A stretch of 63,589 bases of DNA, counting the filler, from Octopus bimaculoides (lineage: Eukaryota): assembly GCF_001194135.2 (NCBI RefSeq). It is 11 parts of 10 records of this genome, joined end to end, with 100 filler letters (N's around TTAATTAATTAA, not from the genome) between each part and the next. Parts side by side here need not be neighbours in the genome. Positions count along the whole stretch, not along the records: positions 33,330 to 38,661 come from NW_026301691.1; positions 38,762 to 45,219 come from NC_069003.1; positions 45,320 to 46,700 come from NC_068982.1; positions 46,801 to 57,138 come from NC_068989.1; 7 more parts are not named here. One strand, 5' to 3'. Every line of letters begins with the position of its first letter. The stretch's first letter is position 1. Below are positions 34,975-47,489 of the stretch, one piece after another. The notes under the pieces were generated by a model. It saw only the letters and a program-made list of their open reading frames with translations, made no database searches and was not told the DNA's origin. A program made the translations under genes and the position numbers.

Positions 34975-37095
34975 CTGTCCATATCGACTAAAATAATGCG
35001 ACGTGACCATCTTCACAGTCGACTCAACCGATAGCCGGATCCAGCCTGCACACGGCAGTTGGTGCACGAGATAAACGCACAAGTCAGCAATTCTCGAGCA
35101 CTGGATGACTGCGTGCAGAACAATTTCGTCGTTCTGCGTACATTTCGAGCTAGTCCGGCTGACGGCACCTCCATACCTGCAAAGTCTATTTCGAATCGGC
35201 AGTACCAGGCCATAGACTTCTGGAAAATCACCATGAGCTCTGGCCCGAAAGTCCACCGGAATAGACGAGCCAGTTCATTCTCACCGACGCCCAGTGTCTC
35301 CATGAGAATGATATCACTCCTACCCGTTTCTAAACCTCTATAGAACGCCAAAGTCTAACTTCCACCGACCGCATTGCGTGACAGGAAGAGAGCTGTGAGC
35401 GCCTGATGACACTCTAGGTACCGAGCATCTTGCTTTGGTCTACGCTTGATGCAGTTCTGCAGCTCAATCAAAGAAACGAGCTGCAGGAAAGCGAGTTTGA
35501 TAAAAAGTGACCATACTTGCCCGGTGTCAAGGAACCGTTGGAGATGTCGCAGCCTCATGTCTACCCATCATCAGCCACAACAGTTCTCCAGTCAACGGGC
35601 ATTGACTGCAAATGAAGCGCCTGACCAGCTTAAACCATTCCTTCCACAGATAGCAGAAGAGTCGGCTCTTCATTCTAATCAGGCGTGAACTGGAATAAGT
35701 CGCGACAGTCAAGCAGTAGTATATGACGAAGGAGATGTACGTTTTCGAATCTCTGCCCGACCTTTCAACTAAAACTTTCTCTCAGAAACTTTCTAGATGA
35801 GATGGGTTACCCTTGTCACTTCGTCCTAGTTTCTCTCCACTTGGAAGTTTCAACCAAATCAGACCTCGAGAAATTTAACCGGTATATTCGTCCAGCGTCC
35901 TACGATGCTATTATATGACATTGACCTGCCTCTCCAAGTACAAAACTGCAACCCTCTGACTTTTCTTGGATGATTTTTGCTCCAGTTACCTAGTATTCCT
36001 TTACAACAGTGCCGATCAGATCTTCAGTAAAGCTCGTAAAGCAAACCATTCAAGCCAGATGATTTTGTCTTTCACGCAACCAAACATAGCTTCTCATATT
36101 TCCGCTGCTGTTATCGGTTTTCGCAACAATCTGCCTCTCTTGCCGAGAGACAAGGCAGGCCGTGGATGTAGGTAGTGAAATCTTATCCTGAGTTCCAGCC
36201 CACCATTCATCTCAAACAATCGAGTGAAGTGCTGCTGAAAAGCCTCATACATTTGCTTAGATCGAGCCACATGCACCCAACTGTAGTTCTGTTTCCATGT
36301 TATGCCCTGTCAATCGAGCCCATCGAGAGGCTTTCGTCCCCTCGTGTCTTAGAGTATGTGCACAAGCTCTGAAAATGAAGCCTTCGTGCTTCGTGTTGAA
36401 GAACTGATCAAGGGTCAATATCGCCAAGAGAACATCGATTGTGAAGCATTTCTCTAAGAACCACTTCCAAGTCCCTAAGTCTTCCTCTATTCAATTATTC
36501 TCTATCACTACAACCTTATTAAACCTAATTGATTCAAATTTAATTAATCTTTTCAAGGCGAACTTTCATTTATTGTTGACGATTGACCTCATCATCGCCT
36601 GCTTAACTAATTGACTAATCCGTGCCAAGTAAGCTTGGCACACCGGGGGTGACACGTTCAGCTTTCAGTAACCGGGTCTCTGCCTACGAAGGCTATCTAC
36701 GGGTGTACAGATCAAGAATTTGTGTAGCTGACTGTTTAAAATAAGGACAACCTATATTATCACTATCTACTGACCTACTGAATACTCTACATAAAAACAA
36801 CCTAGATGTCCCAATGTGCTCTGACCAGCTCCACTCTGGCACATTCTAGAAATCCATTTGGTATCTGTCAGACATTTTAAAGTGTCTGAGCAGATTAGCG
36901 TGTCTTTTCTACACGCCCCTCTCCTATCAGCTAACCCGATACAATCCAAATGTTCCAGTCGCCTAATAGCAACAAAGGAATGGGTCGTTTCTAGGTAAAT
37001 CTCCAGATGCTTAAAAAAATTGGCTTTCCACTCCTACCGGAGCATAAACAGCGACTAGTCTGAAAGCACCCACTTCGCTTCTGTTCTTTGTAATG
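34975..37095 (-). mobile_element. Tx1/L1-clade LINE ORF2 remnant: APE endonuclease, linker and C-terminal zinc knuckle, with the RT core deleted
   Basis: FRLVAVYAP...GDWN, GY*KLN, MYEAFQQHFTRLF...ITAAEI, LFCYLWK...RH..LRLRHLQRFLD, FYRGL...TFGP..FQKSMAW, SKCTQNDEIVLHAVIQC. Confidence 0.85.
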
Positions 37096-37204
37096 CATGT
37101 GCATGGTGTACACTTATCAGACGGGTAGTCATGATGGTTATGTTGTGCTTCTTATATTTGTAACCCCAGCAATACTTTGATGGCATGTACTGCTCTCTCA
37201 CTCG

Positions 37205-37256
<52 letters not shown>

Positions 37257-37263
37257 TAATAAT

Positions 37264-38417
37264 AAAGAGGTCAAGAAAGCTCCTAACAATGCATGGAGCC
37301 CATCATACACGTGCATTCGGGCTAGTCCGGCTGACGGCATCTCAATACCTGTAAAGTCTATTTCGAATCGGCAGTACCAGGCCATAGGCTTCTGGAAAAT
37401 CACCTTGAGCCCGGGACCGAAAGTCCACCGGAATAGATCGCCTCTACAGGAAGAAAGCAAATGGAGGAAGAGAACTTATAAGTGTGGAAGACTAGTGTCA
37501 GTCAGGAACGAGGGAGTATTGAAAGTAGAGAAACAAAGAAAAACAAAGGAAGAGGTACAAAAGGGACATGAAGAAGAATTACGCAACAAGGGACTACACA
37601 ATAAATTCCATATTGCTAGAAAACATAGGCGGGATTGGCTGAAGAAAAGAACACTAAAAAGGAGAACAAGAGCACTAACTGGCAGCGCAAGACCAAAATT
37701 TAGCCACGAACTGGAGAGTCAACTTTAGGAATGAGCAAGTGTTTCTGCTGGGCTGCATCTGTAATAGAGTGGATGTAACCATTGCCCATATCCCGAACGA
37801 ATGTCCTAGACTTTCCCAAAACCACTACAAGTTGTGGCGAGAGGACCAGGTAGCGAAAGTGCTACATTGGAAACTGTGTGCGAAAAGTGGAGGATAGAGA
37901 GAGGCAAGACGTGGCATGAGCACAAACTGCAGAGAGCGGCAGAGTCGGAGACTAGCAAAATCTTCTTGTATTTCCCCAATCCAAACAGATCAGGTGCTAG
38001 AGAATAACAGACCGGACCGAGTGGTGCTGGACCAAGTGTACCACATATGTTATATGGTTGACGTTGCATGCCCCTTTGACCCACGAATAGTCAAGGAGGA
38101 AGGCGAAAAAATAGATAAATATAACCCTCTTAAGTACGAAATAGTACGGCTGTGGAAAATGAAGGTGAAGATAGTGCTAATTATTGTTGGGTCCTTGGGA
38201 ACAGTATCAAAAGGCATCAAGGGGAATATAAAGGAAATTGGAACAGAGTGCCCAGTAGAACTATCACAAAGTTCTGCTTCGTTGGCTCGGCCAGAATAAT
38301 CAAGAGAGTATTAGATAACTGAAAAGAATGCATTGCATGGTACCGTAGGCTGCAGGTAACAAGCTCGCTACGCATGCAAGACTCTAGGAGTTCCAACAAA
38401 ACCTGTGATAAAAAGGA

Positions 38418-38418
<1 letters not shown>
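37264..38418 (+). mobile_element. Second R4/Dong-type element, 5'-truncated, with (AAT)n on both sides
   Basis: RSRKLLTMHGAHHTRA/IDRLYRKKANGGRELISVED, HDQVAKVLHWKLC, NNRPDRVVLD...MVDVACPFD..EKIDKYNPLKYEIVRLW..IIVGSLGTV. (AAT)n at 37205-37263 and 38419-38504. Confidence 0.9.
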
Positions 38419-38504
<86 letters not shown>

Positions 38505-38505
<1 letters not shown>

Positions 38506-38661
38506 GGGTTCAATACCACCCAATCTGAAAAAAACATCTGAAAACCTTACAAATACCCTACAATCTAGATGTATTTCAAAAGTCGGCATTACTTGGAACT
38601 GCATGCTTATTGCGTAAAGTACTGTCTATCTGAGGTCCTTGTTGTGACTTGACAAACAACA
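38505..38661 (+). mobile_element. Third Dong-like 3' tip inserted in the (AAT)n tail
   Basis: GSIPPNLKKHLKTLQIPYNLDVFQKSALLGTACLLRKVLSI* is the extreme REL C-terminus. Confidence 0.8.
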
Positions 38662-38761
38662 NNNNNNNNNNNNNNNNNNNNNNNNNNNNNNNNNNNNNNN
38701 NNNNNTTAATTAATTAANNNNNNNNNNNNNNNNNNNNNNNNNNNNNNNNNNNNNNNNNNNN

Positions 38762-38836
38762 TTCTTCTTCTTCTTCTTCTTCTTCTTCTTCTTCTTCTTC
38801 TTCTTCTTCTTCTTCTTCTTCTTCTTCTTCTTCTTC
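38762..38836. repeat. (TTC)n microsatellite
   Basis: Visible. Confidence 0.95.
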
Positions 38837-39399
38837 CTTGTCTAAACCATAGGGTTCCATTCTTTCCTAAAAGCCATTCGACCGTCCGTCTCCCTTCGCC
38901 CCAATCTTGCAGCCCTCATACCTCTCCATATTCTAAATTAAACATGGCGGCACAGAGACTTCCATCAGATTAACTGAGTTACTAAAACAATTAATTCCCC
39001 CCTCACCTCTCTCTCTCTCTCTCTCCCTCTTTCTCTTTCCCTCTCTCTCTGTCTCTTTTTCTCTCACTAGACTGCATCAAACTGATCCGATTATTGCGAC
39101 CAATAAATTGATGTACCACCACTACTCGTGTTACTGCGACAACCACTACCACCTCGAATCGTCACCACAACAGTCTTCATCACTACCGCCAACACCACCA
39201 TCGCTACTACTACTACTACTACTACTACTGGATCTTCTCTGGCTGCCAACTTTCAATCTCTTTAATTCCTGCTTCAAGTGATTTCATATTCGGTGTAATG
39301 ATATGGTTTTATATGCTAATCACTGCTTTGAAATTCATTTTCGCGATAAATCGATGAATAAAGAGTTATTAGCTTTTAAAGTTTGCAAATTTTGGGTAG

Positions 39400-39627
39400 C
39401 TTTAGCCAATCTTAAGCCACAGACACATTCGTGTCTGTTTCCATACTAACGAGCCAAGCATGAGAACTCTTTTACCTGCGAGAAAGCACGTGTTGACAAA
39501 TATTTTCCACTCACTGAGGTAGTCGGCAGCTGGCTTTGGTCCCGTTTTCAGAGGCTGGGTCGCTGCAATGTACAAAGACATTTCTTCGGTGGTCAAAATA
39601 AATGACCAGCTATCGGAATCGCTTGTT
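39400..39627 (+). mobile_element. Tx1/L1 RT-core fragment
   Basis: AGFGPVFRGWVAAMYKDISSVVKINDQLSES is the segment preceding the RQGCPLS motif; ends at a gap. Confidence 0.75.
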
Positions 39628-40229
39628 NNNNNNNNNNNNNNNNNNNNNNNNNNNNNNNNNNNNNNNNNNNNNNNNNNNNNNNNNNNNNNNNNNNNNNNNN
39701 NNNNNNNNNNNNNNNNNNNNNNNNNNNNNNNNNNNNNNNNNNNNNNNNNNNNNNNNNNNNNNNNNNNNNNNNNNNNNNNNNNNNNNNNNNNNNNNNNNNN
39801 NNNNNNNNNNNNNNNNNNNNNNNNNNNNNNNNNNNNNNNNNNNNNNNNNNNNNNNNNNNNNNNNNNNNNNNNNNNNNNNNNNNNNNNNNNNNNNNNNNNN
39901 NNNNNNNNNNNNNNNNNNNNNNNNNNNNNNNNNNNNNNNNNNNNNNNNNNNNNNNNNNNNNNNNNNNNNNNNNNNNNNNNNNNNNNNNNNNNNNNNNNNN
40001 NNNNNNNNNNNNNNNNNNNNNNNNNNNNNNNNNNNNNNNNNNNNNNNNNNNNNNNNNNNNNNNNNNNNNNNNNNNNNNNNNNNNNNNNNNNNNNNNNNNN
40101 NNNNNNNNNNNNNNNNNNNNNNNNNNNNNNNNNNNNNNNNNNNNNNNNNNNNNNNNNNNNNNNNNNNNNNNNNNNNNNNNNNNNNNNNNNNNNNNNNNNN
40201 NNNNNNNNNNNNNNNNNNNNNNNNNNNNA

Positions 40230-40391
40230 TATATGACGGGCTTCTTTCAGTTTCCATCTACCAAATCCACTCACAAGACTTTCGTCGGCCTGAGGCTATT
40301 GTAGAAGACACTTGCCCAAGGTGCCACACAGTGGGACTGAACCCAGAACCATGTGGCTGGTAAGCAAGCTACTTACCACACAGCCACTCCT
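40230..40391 (-). mobile_element. SINE family A
   Basis: Near-consensus copy abutting an N-gap. Confidence 0.9.
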
Positions 40392-40739
40392 GATTAAGGT
40401 GAAGTGATTATGGGTGGAATACCTTTTTAAGTGCCTGTTCAACCAGGGTTGACCTGGGGCTAAACAACAAGATCATCATCATCATCATCATCGTCGCTAT
40501 TAGCACGTCGCGTCCCCGCCTCTATCCTAAACACTGTAGCTAGTCTCGAAGTGGTCATTTGATTTGCTAGAAACAACAGCCAGATCTCATCCGTCAACAA
40601 CATCTTCGCTGCGTTAAACAAGATACATTGATTAACGTCGTCTGGCCTTCACTAAACATGATGGTCATGTTAGGAATATCCTTTTACTAGAAGTCTGCTG
40701 ACTGTGGGACGATGTTGTTCTAGACACGATCATCCTCCC

Positions 40740-41484
40740 TCATTGCTACTACATCCTATACAACCAACAACTACCACTGTACACTACCTCACAACAATCA
40801 CCGCTACCACCGCTGCATGTATATCTCACCACCGACTCTACTACTACTACCAATACTCACACCACTACTATTACAGATTCGCCACCACTGCCTACCATCA
40901 CCATACCACCACCGCCACCCTCACTGTACCACTCTCAGCTAGAACCATCGCTATATTTTCGCTACCACCATCCATACCATCGCCACTACTACAACTACTA
41001 CTACTACCAGCATCACAGCCAGTACCACTACCTCTGTTGCTACTACTACTACTACCACCAAAATTGTGCCACCTTTGGACTACTACTACTACTAGTATAA
41101 CCACCACCACCACCACTACTGCTACTACTACTGCTACTACTACCATAAGCATTACTACCGCCACCACTACTACTACTATAACCACCACCACCACTATTAC
41201 TACTACTAGCATCACAGCCACTACCTCTGCCTCTACTACTACCTCTACTTCTACTTCTACTACTACCGCAACTGCTGTCGCTCGCCACCACTACTATCAC
41301 TACCACCACCACCAATACCTTTACTATCGGTACTACCATCTCTACTACCGCCGCTACAGCATCACTGTCAGCCACTACCTCCACACACACATACACACAT
41401 ACACACAGCCACCACAACCCCGACGAACACTACAACCACAAACAACAAAACGGCATCACCACTATCACCCCCACACCCATCCAN
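40740..41484. repeat. Degenerate (CCA/CTA/TAC)n low-complexity tract
   Basis: Visible trinucleotide periodicity; explains the Thr/His/Tyr-rich ORFs. Confidence 0.9.
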
Positions 41485-42439
41485 NNNNNNNNNNNNNNNN
41501 NNNNNNNNNNNNNNNNNNNNNNNNNNNNNNNNNNNNNNNNNNNNNNNNNNNNNNNNNNNNNNNNNNNNNNNNNNNNNNNNNNNNNNNNNNNNNNNNNNNN
41601 NNNNNNNNNNNNNNNNNNNNNNNNNNNNNNNNNNNNNNNNNNNNNNNNNNNNNNNNNNNNNNNNNNNNNNNNNNNNNNNNNNNNNNNNNNNNNNNNNNNN
41701 NNNNNNNNNNNNNNNNNNNNNNNNNNNNNNNNNNNNNNNNNNNNNNNNNNNNNNNNNNNNNNNNNNNNNNNNNNNNNNNNNNNNNNNNNNNNNNNNNNNN
41801 NNNNNNNNNNNNNNNNNNNNNNNNNNNNNNNNNNNNNNNNNNNNNNNNNNNNNNNNNNNNNNNNNNNNNNNNNNNNNNNNNNNNNNNNNNNNNNNNNNNN
41901 NNNNNNNNNNNNNNNNNNNNNNNNNNNNNNNNNNNNNNNNNNNNNNNNNNNNNNNNNNNNNNNNNNNNNNNNNNNNNNNNNNNNNNNNNNNNNNNNNNNN
42001 NNNNNNNNNNNNNNNNNNNNNNNNNNNNNNNNNNNNNNNNNNNNNNNNNNNNNNNNNNNNNNNNNNNNNNNNNNNNNNNNNNNNNNNNNNNNNNNNNNNN
42101 NNNNNNNNNNNNNNNNNNNNNNNNNNNNNNNNNNNNNNNNNNNNNNNNNNNNNNNNNNNNNNNNNNNNNNNNNNNNNNNNNNNNNNNNNNNNNNNNNNNN
42201 NNNNNNNNNNNNNNNNNNNNNNNNNNNNNNNNNNNNNNNNNNNNNNNNNNNNNNNNNNNNNNNNNNNNNNNNNNNNNNNNNNNNNNNNNNNNNNNNNNNA
42301 TATGTTGCCAGAGTAGTGTAGTCCTAGATACTACACTTATATCCTTTCGGAGTCGGCATCAGGACTTGGAAAGACAGGAATGATCTTTGAATGTTTATTC
42401 TACATTTTACACTGTATATTAGTATACACTTGTATGACA

Positions 42440-42846
42440 GAAAATACTCTTTACTCACTTTTACTTGTTTCAGTCATTTGACTGCGGCCATGCTGGGGCA
42501 CCACCTTTAGTCGAGCAAATCGACCCCAGGACTTATTCTTTGTAAGCCTAGTACTTATTCTATCGGTCTCTTTTTGCCGAACCGCTAAGTTACGGGGACG
42601 TAAACACACCAGCATCGGTTGTCAAACACAGACACACAAGCATATACACACACATACATATCTATATATATATATACATATATACGACGAGCTTCTTTCA
42701 GTTTCCGTCTACCAAATCCACTCACAAGACTTTGGTCGGCCCGAGGCTATAGTAGAAGACACTTGCCCAAGGTGCCACGCAGTGGAACTGAACCCGGAAC
42801 CATGTGGTTGGTAAGCAAGCTACTTACCACACAGCCACTCCTGCGC
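42440..42846 (-). mobile_element. Full-length SINE family A (head, internal microsatellite, tail ending GAAACAAGTAAAAGTGAGTAAAGAGT)
   Basis: All three modules are contiguous. Confidence 0.9.
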
Positions 42847-43339
42847 TTATACTGTAAACTTGTTTTAAAAAGCTCAAAAGTCCTCTCTGCCCTTCCCACT
42901 TCATGTGGCATTACTCTCGTTGCTGTATCCACCCGTACATCCATCTTGATGTTTTCCAGCATAGTTATTAGAATTAGTCATTCTTCTGTTTATTTAGTAA
43001 TGTTAGTCATTGGCCATGCTTGGCCTTCAGTTTCAAGAGACTTTAGTCTGTAACTATCAAACCACTGTATTTTCTCTGCTGTTTATCTTCTTATCAAAGA
43101 AGAATGGTAATGTCAATGGTAACTCTTTCTCTCTTTATCATACCATGCATTTCTCTGGCAAATAAGTTGAAGTTTTCATACTAAAATTTACAGCCCAAAA
43201 CAGTAGATTAATTTATACGTCATGACGACTTTGGAAGACCAAAAATTCCATTTGAAATGCAGCAAGATTTGGAAATGATAGTGACGACGATGTTTGGATG
43301 TTTACGCTATAAGAATGCTGAGAAATACAAGCTGTGGAG

Positions 43340-43660
43340 CTTCTTACTAGGTTTCCGAGGCTGCTATCCTTTTTTTTTAAGGCGACGAGAGGTGGTGCAG
43401 GAAAGATTGGAGAGGTTGTGACAACAGAAAGTAGAAGTTGGAAGTCGCGGATGAATTTATCTTCAATACGGATAGAAAATGTGTGTGTTTGTGAAAAAGG
43501 GAAAGAGAGAATAGAGATAGTGGTATACAGTGTATAGGGGGTGCGTAAAGAGGGTACAATAGCAGTGGTGCGGTCAGTGGCCTGGACCCGGTGAAGTGCT
43601 GGGTCCACAACTGATCGAGAATGACATGCTATGTTTTTACATGTTGTTTTCATCTAATTT
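43340..43660 (-). mobile_element. PLE RT-to-endonuclease linker fragment
   Basis: RVQATDRTTA...RDFQLLLS..TSPIFPAPPLVALKKKDSSLGNLVRS resembles the PLE IFPxPPLVAFRRxxNLRDxLVRS motif. Confidence 0.7.
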
Positions 43661-44264
43661 TTGGTTCTCAATGGCTGTTTGCTTTCTATATCCTATCAAT
43701 TCTATAGCAGTAGCTCTCTTCATAGCTACCCTCTACCCACCGGTTGCTGACTATCGCCCCCACCCCTATATCCTGTTGATGACGGTTTTTTACACTGGTA
43801 ACGAGTTCAGATTCCAAGGCACGGGTTATTGTCTTTGAGTTCTATTTAGGTTGGTTTTGCAGGGATGGCATCAACCATAACAGACATATTAATAAATAAC
43901 AATAAATGACAAAACAACAAAACTATAACAAGGATCAGCAAAATAAGGAAGTAAAGTGATTCTTACACAATCCCGGTTTACCGTGGCGTTCCAAAGAATC
44001 TCTCTTAGTTTTTGCTACCAGTCTACAACTGCATAGTCAGTGTAGAATCAAGTAGTTGCGCCAATTCCACCACTGTTACATAATGTCTATAAAGAGTAGT
44101 GGAGAGGAGCACCTCCCTCTACACTAACTTCCGTCTTCAAGTGGTATTTAAGTTGATGATGGCTTGGCTTGGGAGAAACGTCTTTCTCCTCCACACGGTT
44201 TCCACCACTAGAAATAACAGACAGGGGAAGACTCAACTTTCCTAAATGGAAAATGGTAAGCCGA

Positions 44265-44850
44265 TCTTCATAATAGACTCAACTGATAGCCGAATCCGTT
44301 AGGCATGTTGACGTCAACTATTTTACTTAAATACACATTGGCACGGATATTGAATGAATATTAGCGGACATTTACGTCACTCACCGCCCACATCTCGGAC
44401 GGGTTCAGTCGCTGATGGTTCCAGTACATCCACGACTGTAGATTTTACCCCTAACAAACTGAGACATTGTACCCTGCTATGCCAAGGATTGGACCTGAAA
44501 CATTCCTCGCTGTCTTTTTCGACACCCGGATCATTCGCAGGTCATCCCTGTTCATACTCTACTCTATCTCTTTATGAATATATCAGGGTCGAATTCCATC
44601 CATTACATTGTTCAACTGACAGCATGCAATGAAGGTATGTCAATATTCCTGATGCAAAATGCCCAATCCCTGTGCGAATGATCCAAAGTTCAGCTCGCTG
44701 ATCAAAGAAGATATCCGTAGGAAGAAGTATCACATATGTATTGACCGCCGCTGTTTTCCGTCGTCATTGACCAAGAACCTCCGCAAAACCTGCATCCTAC
44801 GCATGCCTGTACAACAACAGGCATGAAATTCCGAAACCGCCCTGGGGGGA
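44265..44850 (-). mobile_element. Tx1/L1 C-terminal fragment
   Basis: GMRRMQVLRRFLVND is related to LRLRHLQRFLD; 44265-44320 resembles 35005-35055. Confidence 0.6.
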
Positions 44851-45917
44851 GTTGTTGGCAGTCGATGGACAATAGTAATGAATGTCAATAAAACAACAAC
44901 AAATCTGGCAAGAAGCCAATAACCAAAAAAACCAACAGACCAACAGTACAACAAGCTAAACATCTTCATTTAATAAACACTATTTATTTATTTGGCCTGT
45001 TTAGCTTACTGGGTCGGTTAGAGTGGCGGTGGGGTGGTGGCAGGAGTGTTAGTACTGCTGCTGCTGCTGCTGCTTATAGGAGTGTTAGTGGTACAGGTTC
45101 AGGTGCTGAGGGTGGCGTTGTTGTTGTTGTTGGTGGTGGTGTGATAGTTTGGGTCGTCATCGTTGTAGTGAGGGGGTGAGGGTGGTTGTGGTGAATGTGG
45201 TGATGGTGGCGATTGTAGGNNNNNNNNNNNNNNNNNNNNNNNNNNNNNNNNNNNNNNNNNNNNTTAATTAATTAANNNNNNNNNNNNNNNNNNNNNNNNN
45301 NNNNNNNNNNNNNNNNNNNATATGTATGTATGTATATATGTGTATATATGTTTACATGTATGTGAGTATATATGTGTGTGCGTATGTTTGTGTGTGTGTG
45401 TTTGTGCGTGCGCGCATATTTCGGTAAAAATATTTATTTATGTATTCATCTTTTATCTATATACCACACACAACAGCATATGGGCATAAACACAGGCTGA
45501 AAAACAACAAAACATGCTCAGACACACAAATACATATACAATGGCGAAAAATGTATATACACACAAATACATATGAACAGAAACACCCACACAAACGAAC
45601 ATGCACAAACATATACACTCATGCACATGCAAACGCACACAAACATGTATTACATATACATAGACACACATATACAAACACACTCATATACCCACAATAA
45701 CTGAACAATGACAAATAACTCAATAAATATATCTAATTTTTACTTCCCTTTGTTGTTTTATATTTTAGTTTCGTCTTGCCAAGATATTATCGAGAAAGTC
45801 GTCAGTCATTTAAAATAAACGAACATACACATATACATGTATATATACACACACACACACACGTATATATATATATATATATATATTCACATCCGTATCT
45901 ATCTATCTATCTATCTA

Positions 45918-45967
<50 letters not shown>

Positions 45968-47489
45968 TATATATACATATACATATATATATACATATAC
46001 ACATATATATATATACATATATGCGTGTTAGTGTTTGTATGTGTGTGTATATATGTGTGTGTGTGTGCATGCGTGTGTGCGTGTATGTAATAATGCATGT
46101 ATGCATGTATGCGTGTGTGAGTGTGCGTGTCTATGTGCACGTTTGTGCGAGTGTCTAAGCAAGCGTTTGGTAAATATATTTTTGTATCGATTTAGTTATG
46201 TATGCATGTATGTATACCATTTCTCGCTCACTTTCATTCTACTTCCTCCCCTCCTTTTCCCTCTGCTACTCTTTCTCTTCATACAGCCTCGGTCACGTGT
46301 GTGCGGGTTATATATCTTTCCGTTCTTGCAATCACCAAGCTCGCACGTACTTCTTTGCCCTCCCCTGTACGTGCTCCACAGCGTTCGAGACATACACACT
46401 TCACGTCTGGCTGTACAGCCTTTTGTTTGTTTATTTCACCGTTTCGTTTTCCTGTCTTGTTTTCCGTCCGCCACTACCCTCCACGAAAACAATTTAATTT
46501 GTGTTCATGGGAAGAACCATTTTAACGATGCGTACTGCCTTAATTCTTCAAAACGCCGGAGTTTTAATGGTGGCAGCTGATGAAGGGGATGTTTCTATGT
46601 GGCCTGCTTGTTTGTTGCACCTTGTTTACCATTTTTGTCCTTGTTCTTTTGCCACGTCATGTACCCAGTTATGTATCTATATGTATATGTGGATGAACGT
46701 NNNNNNNNNNNNNNNNNNNNNNNNNNNNNNNNNNNNNNNNNNNNTTAATTAATTAANNNNNNNNNNNNNNNNNNNNNNNNNNNNNNNNNNNNNNNNNNNN
46801 CGACCTCAGAGGAAAATGTTTCCCACGGTCAAAAGTTTAGTTTCCCACACATTCAAAACTAAGGAAATTCACAATAGATAACAAATGTCAAGGAAAATGT
46901 TTGGCTAAAATTAACGGCCAAAACACTTGACCTTCGACACTATAAATCAAGGGAACGCTAGCCAGACATAGTTTGACTTGTCAGCGCTGTGACCACCAAA
47001 TATGTATAAATAGAGACACACCACGGCCAAGAAGCAGACAGAGTTCGTGGCACAATCGCATACGCTACGCAAGAACGATTATCTGTCTAATTGAGACGTT
47101 TTTGACTGCTGACGACAATTTCTAATCTAAGAGCACACATTGCTAGAACAACAGCTATTCAAGTAAGGTTCTTTTGCACACAAGCTCTGTCTTGCCAAAC
47201 ACGCGAAAACACAAACAACAATTTATAGATCACAAATACCACAACTGCATTTGTTTCTTGTAAACATTTTTTCATTTATTATTGTTTACCTACTGTGATA
47301 TACCAAATGTTACCATTTTAATAAATAATTTATAACGCATCCTAAAAGTTCTGTCAACTTATTGTTCTACACCGCATTCAACCAATTCTACACCTGATTG
47401 AACATCGACTTCCTCCGTGACAGAATCTAAATACCTTTACATATCTTATAATGATATACATGATTCTTTACTAAAACCAAGGGAGACTT

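Noticed and set aside
40704-42383. 559-aa Thr/His/Tyr-rich ORF resembling a mucin
   Set aside because: Produced by a degenerate CCA/CTA repeat plus an N-gap; several frames are open and no splice or domain evidence was seen.
46570-46620. CTGATGA in a GC-richer segment
   Set aside because: No downstream stem II or GAAA.
46801-47222. Possible solo LTR (TATAAATA box, ends in ACA)
   Set aside because: The 5' end is in a gap, and there is no TSD, PBS, PPT or second copy to support it.
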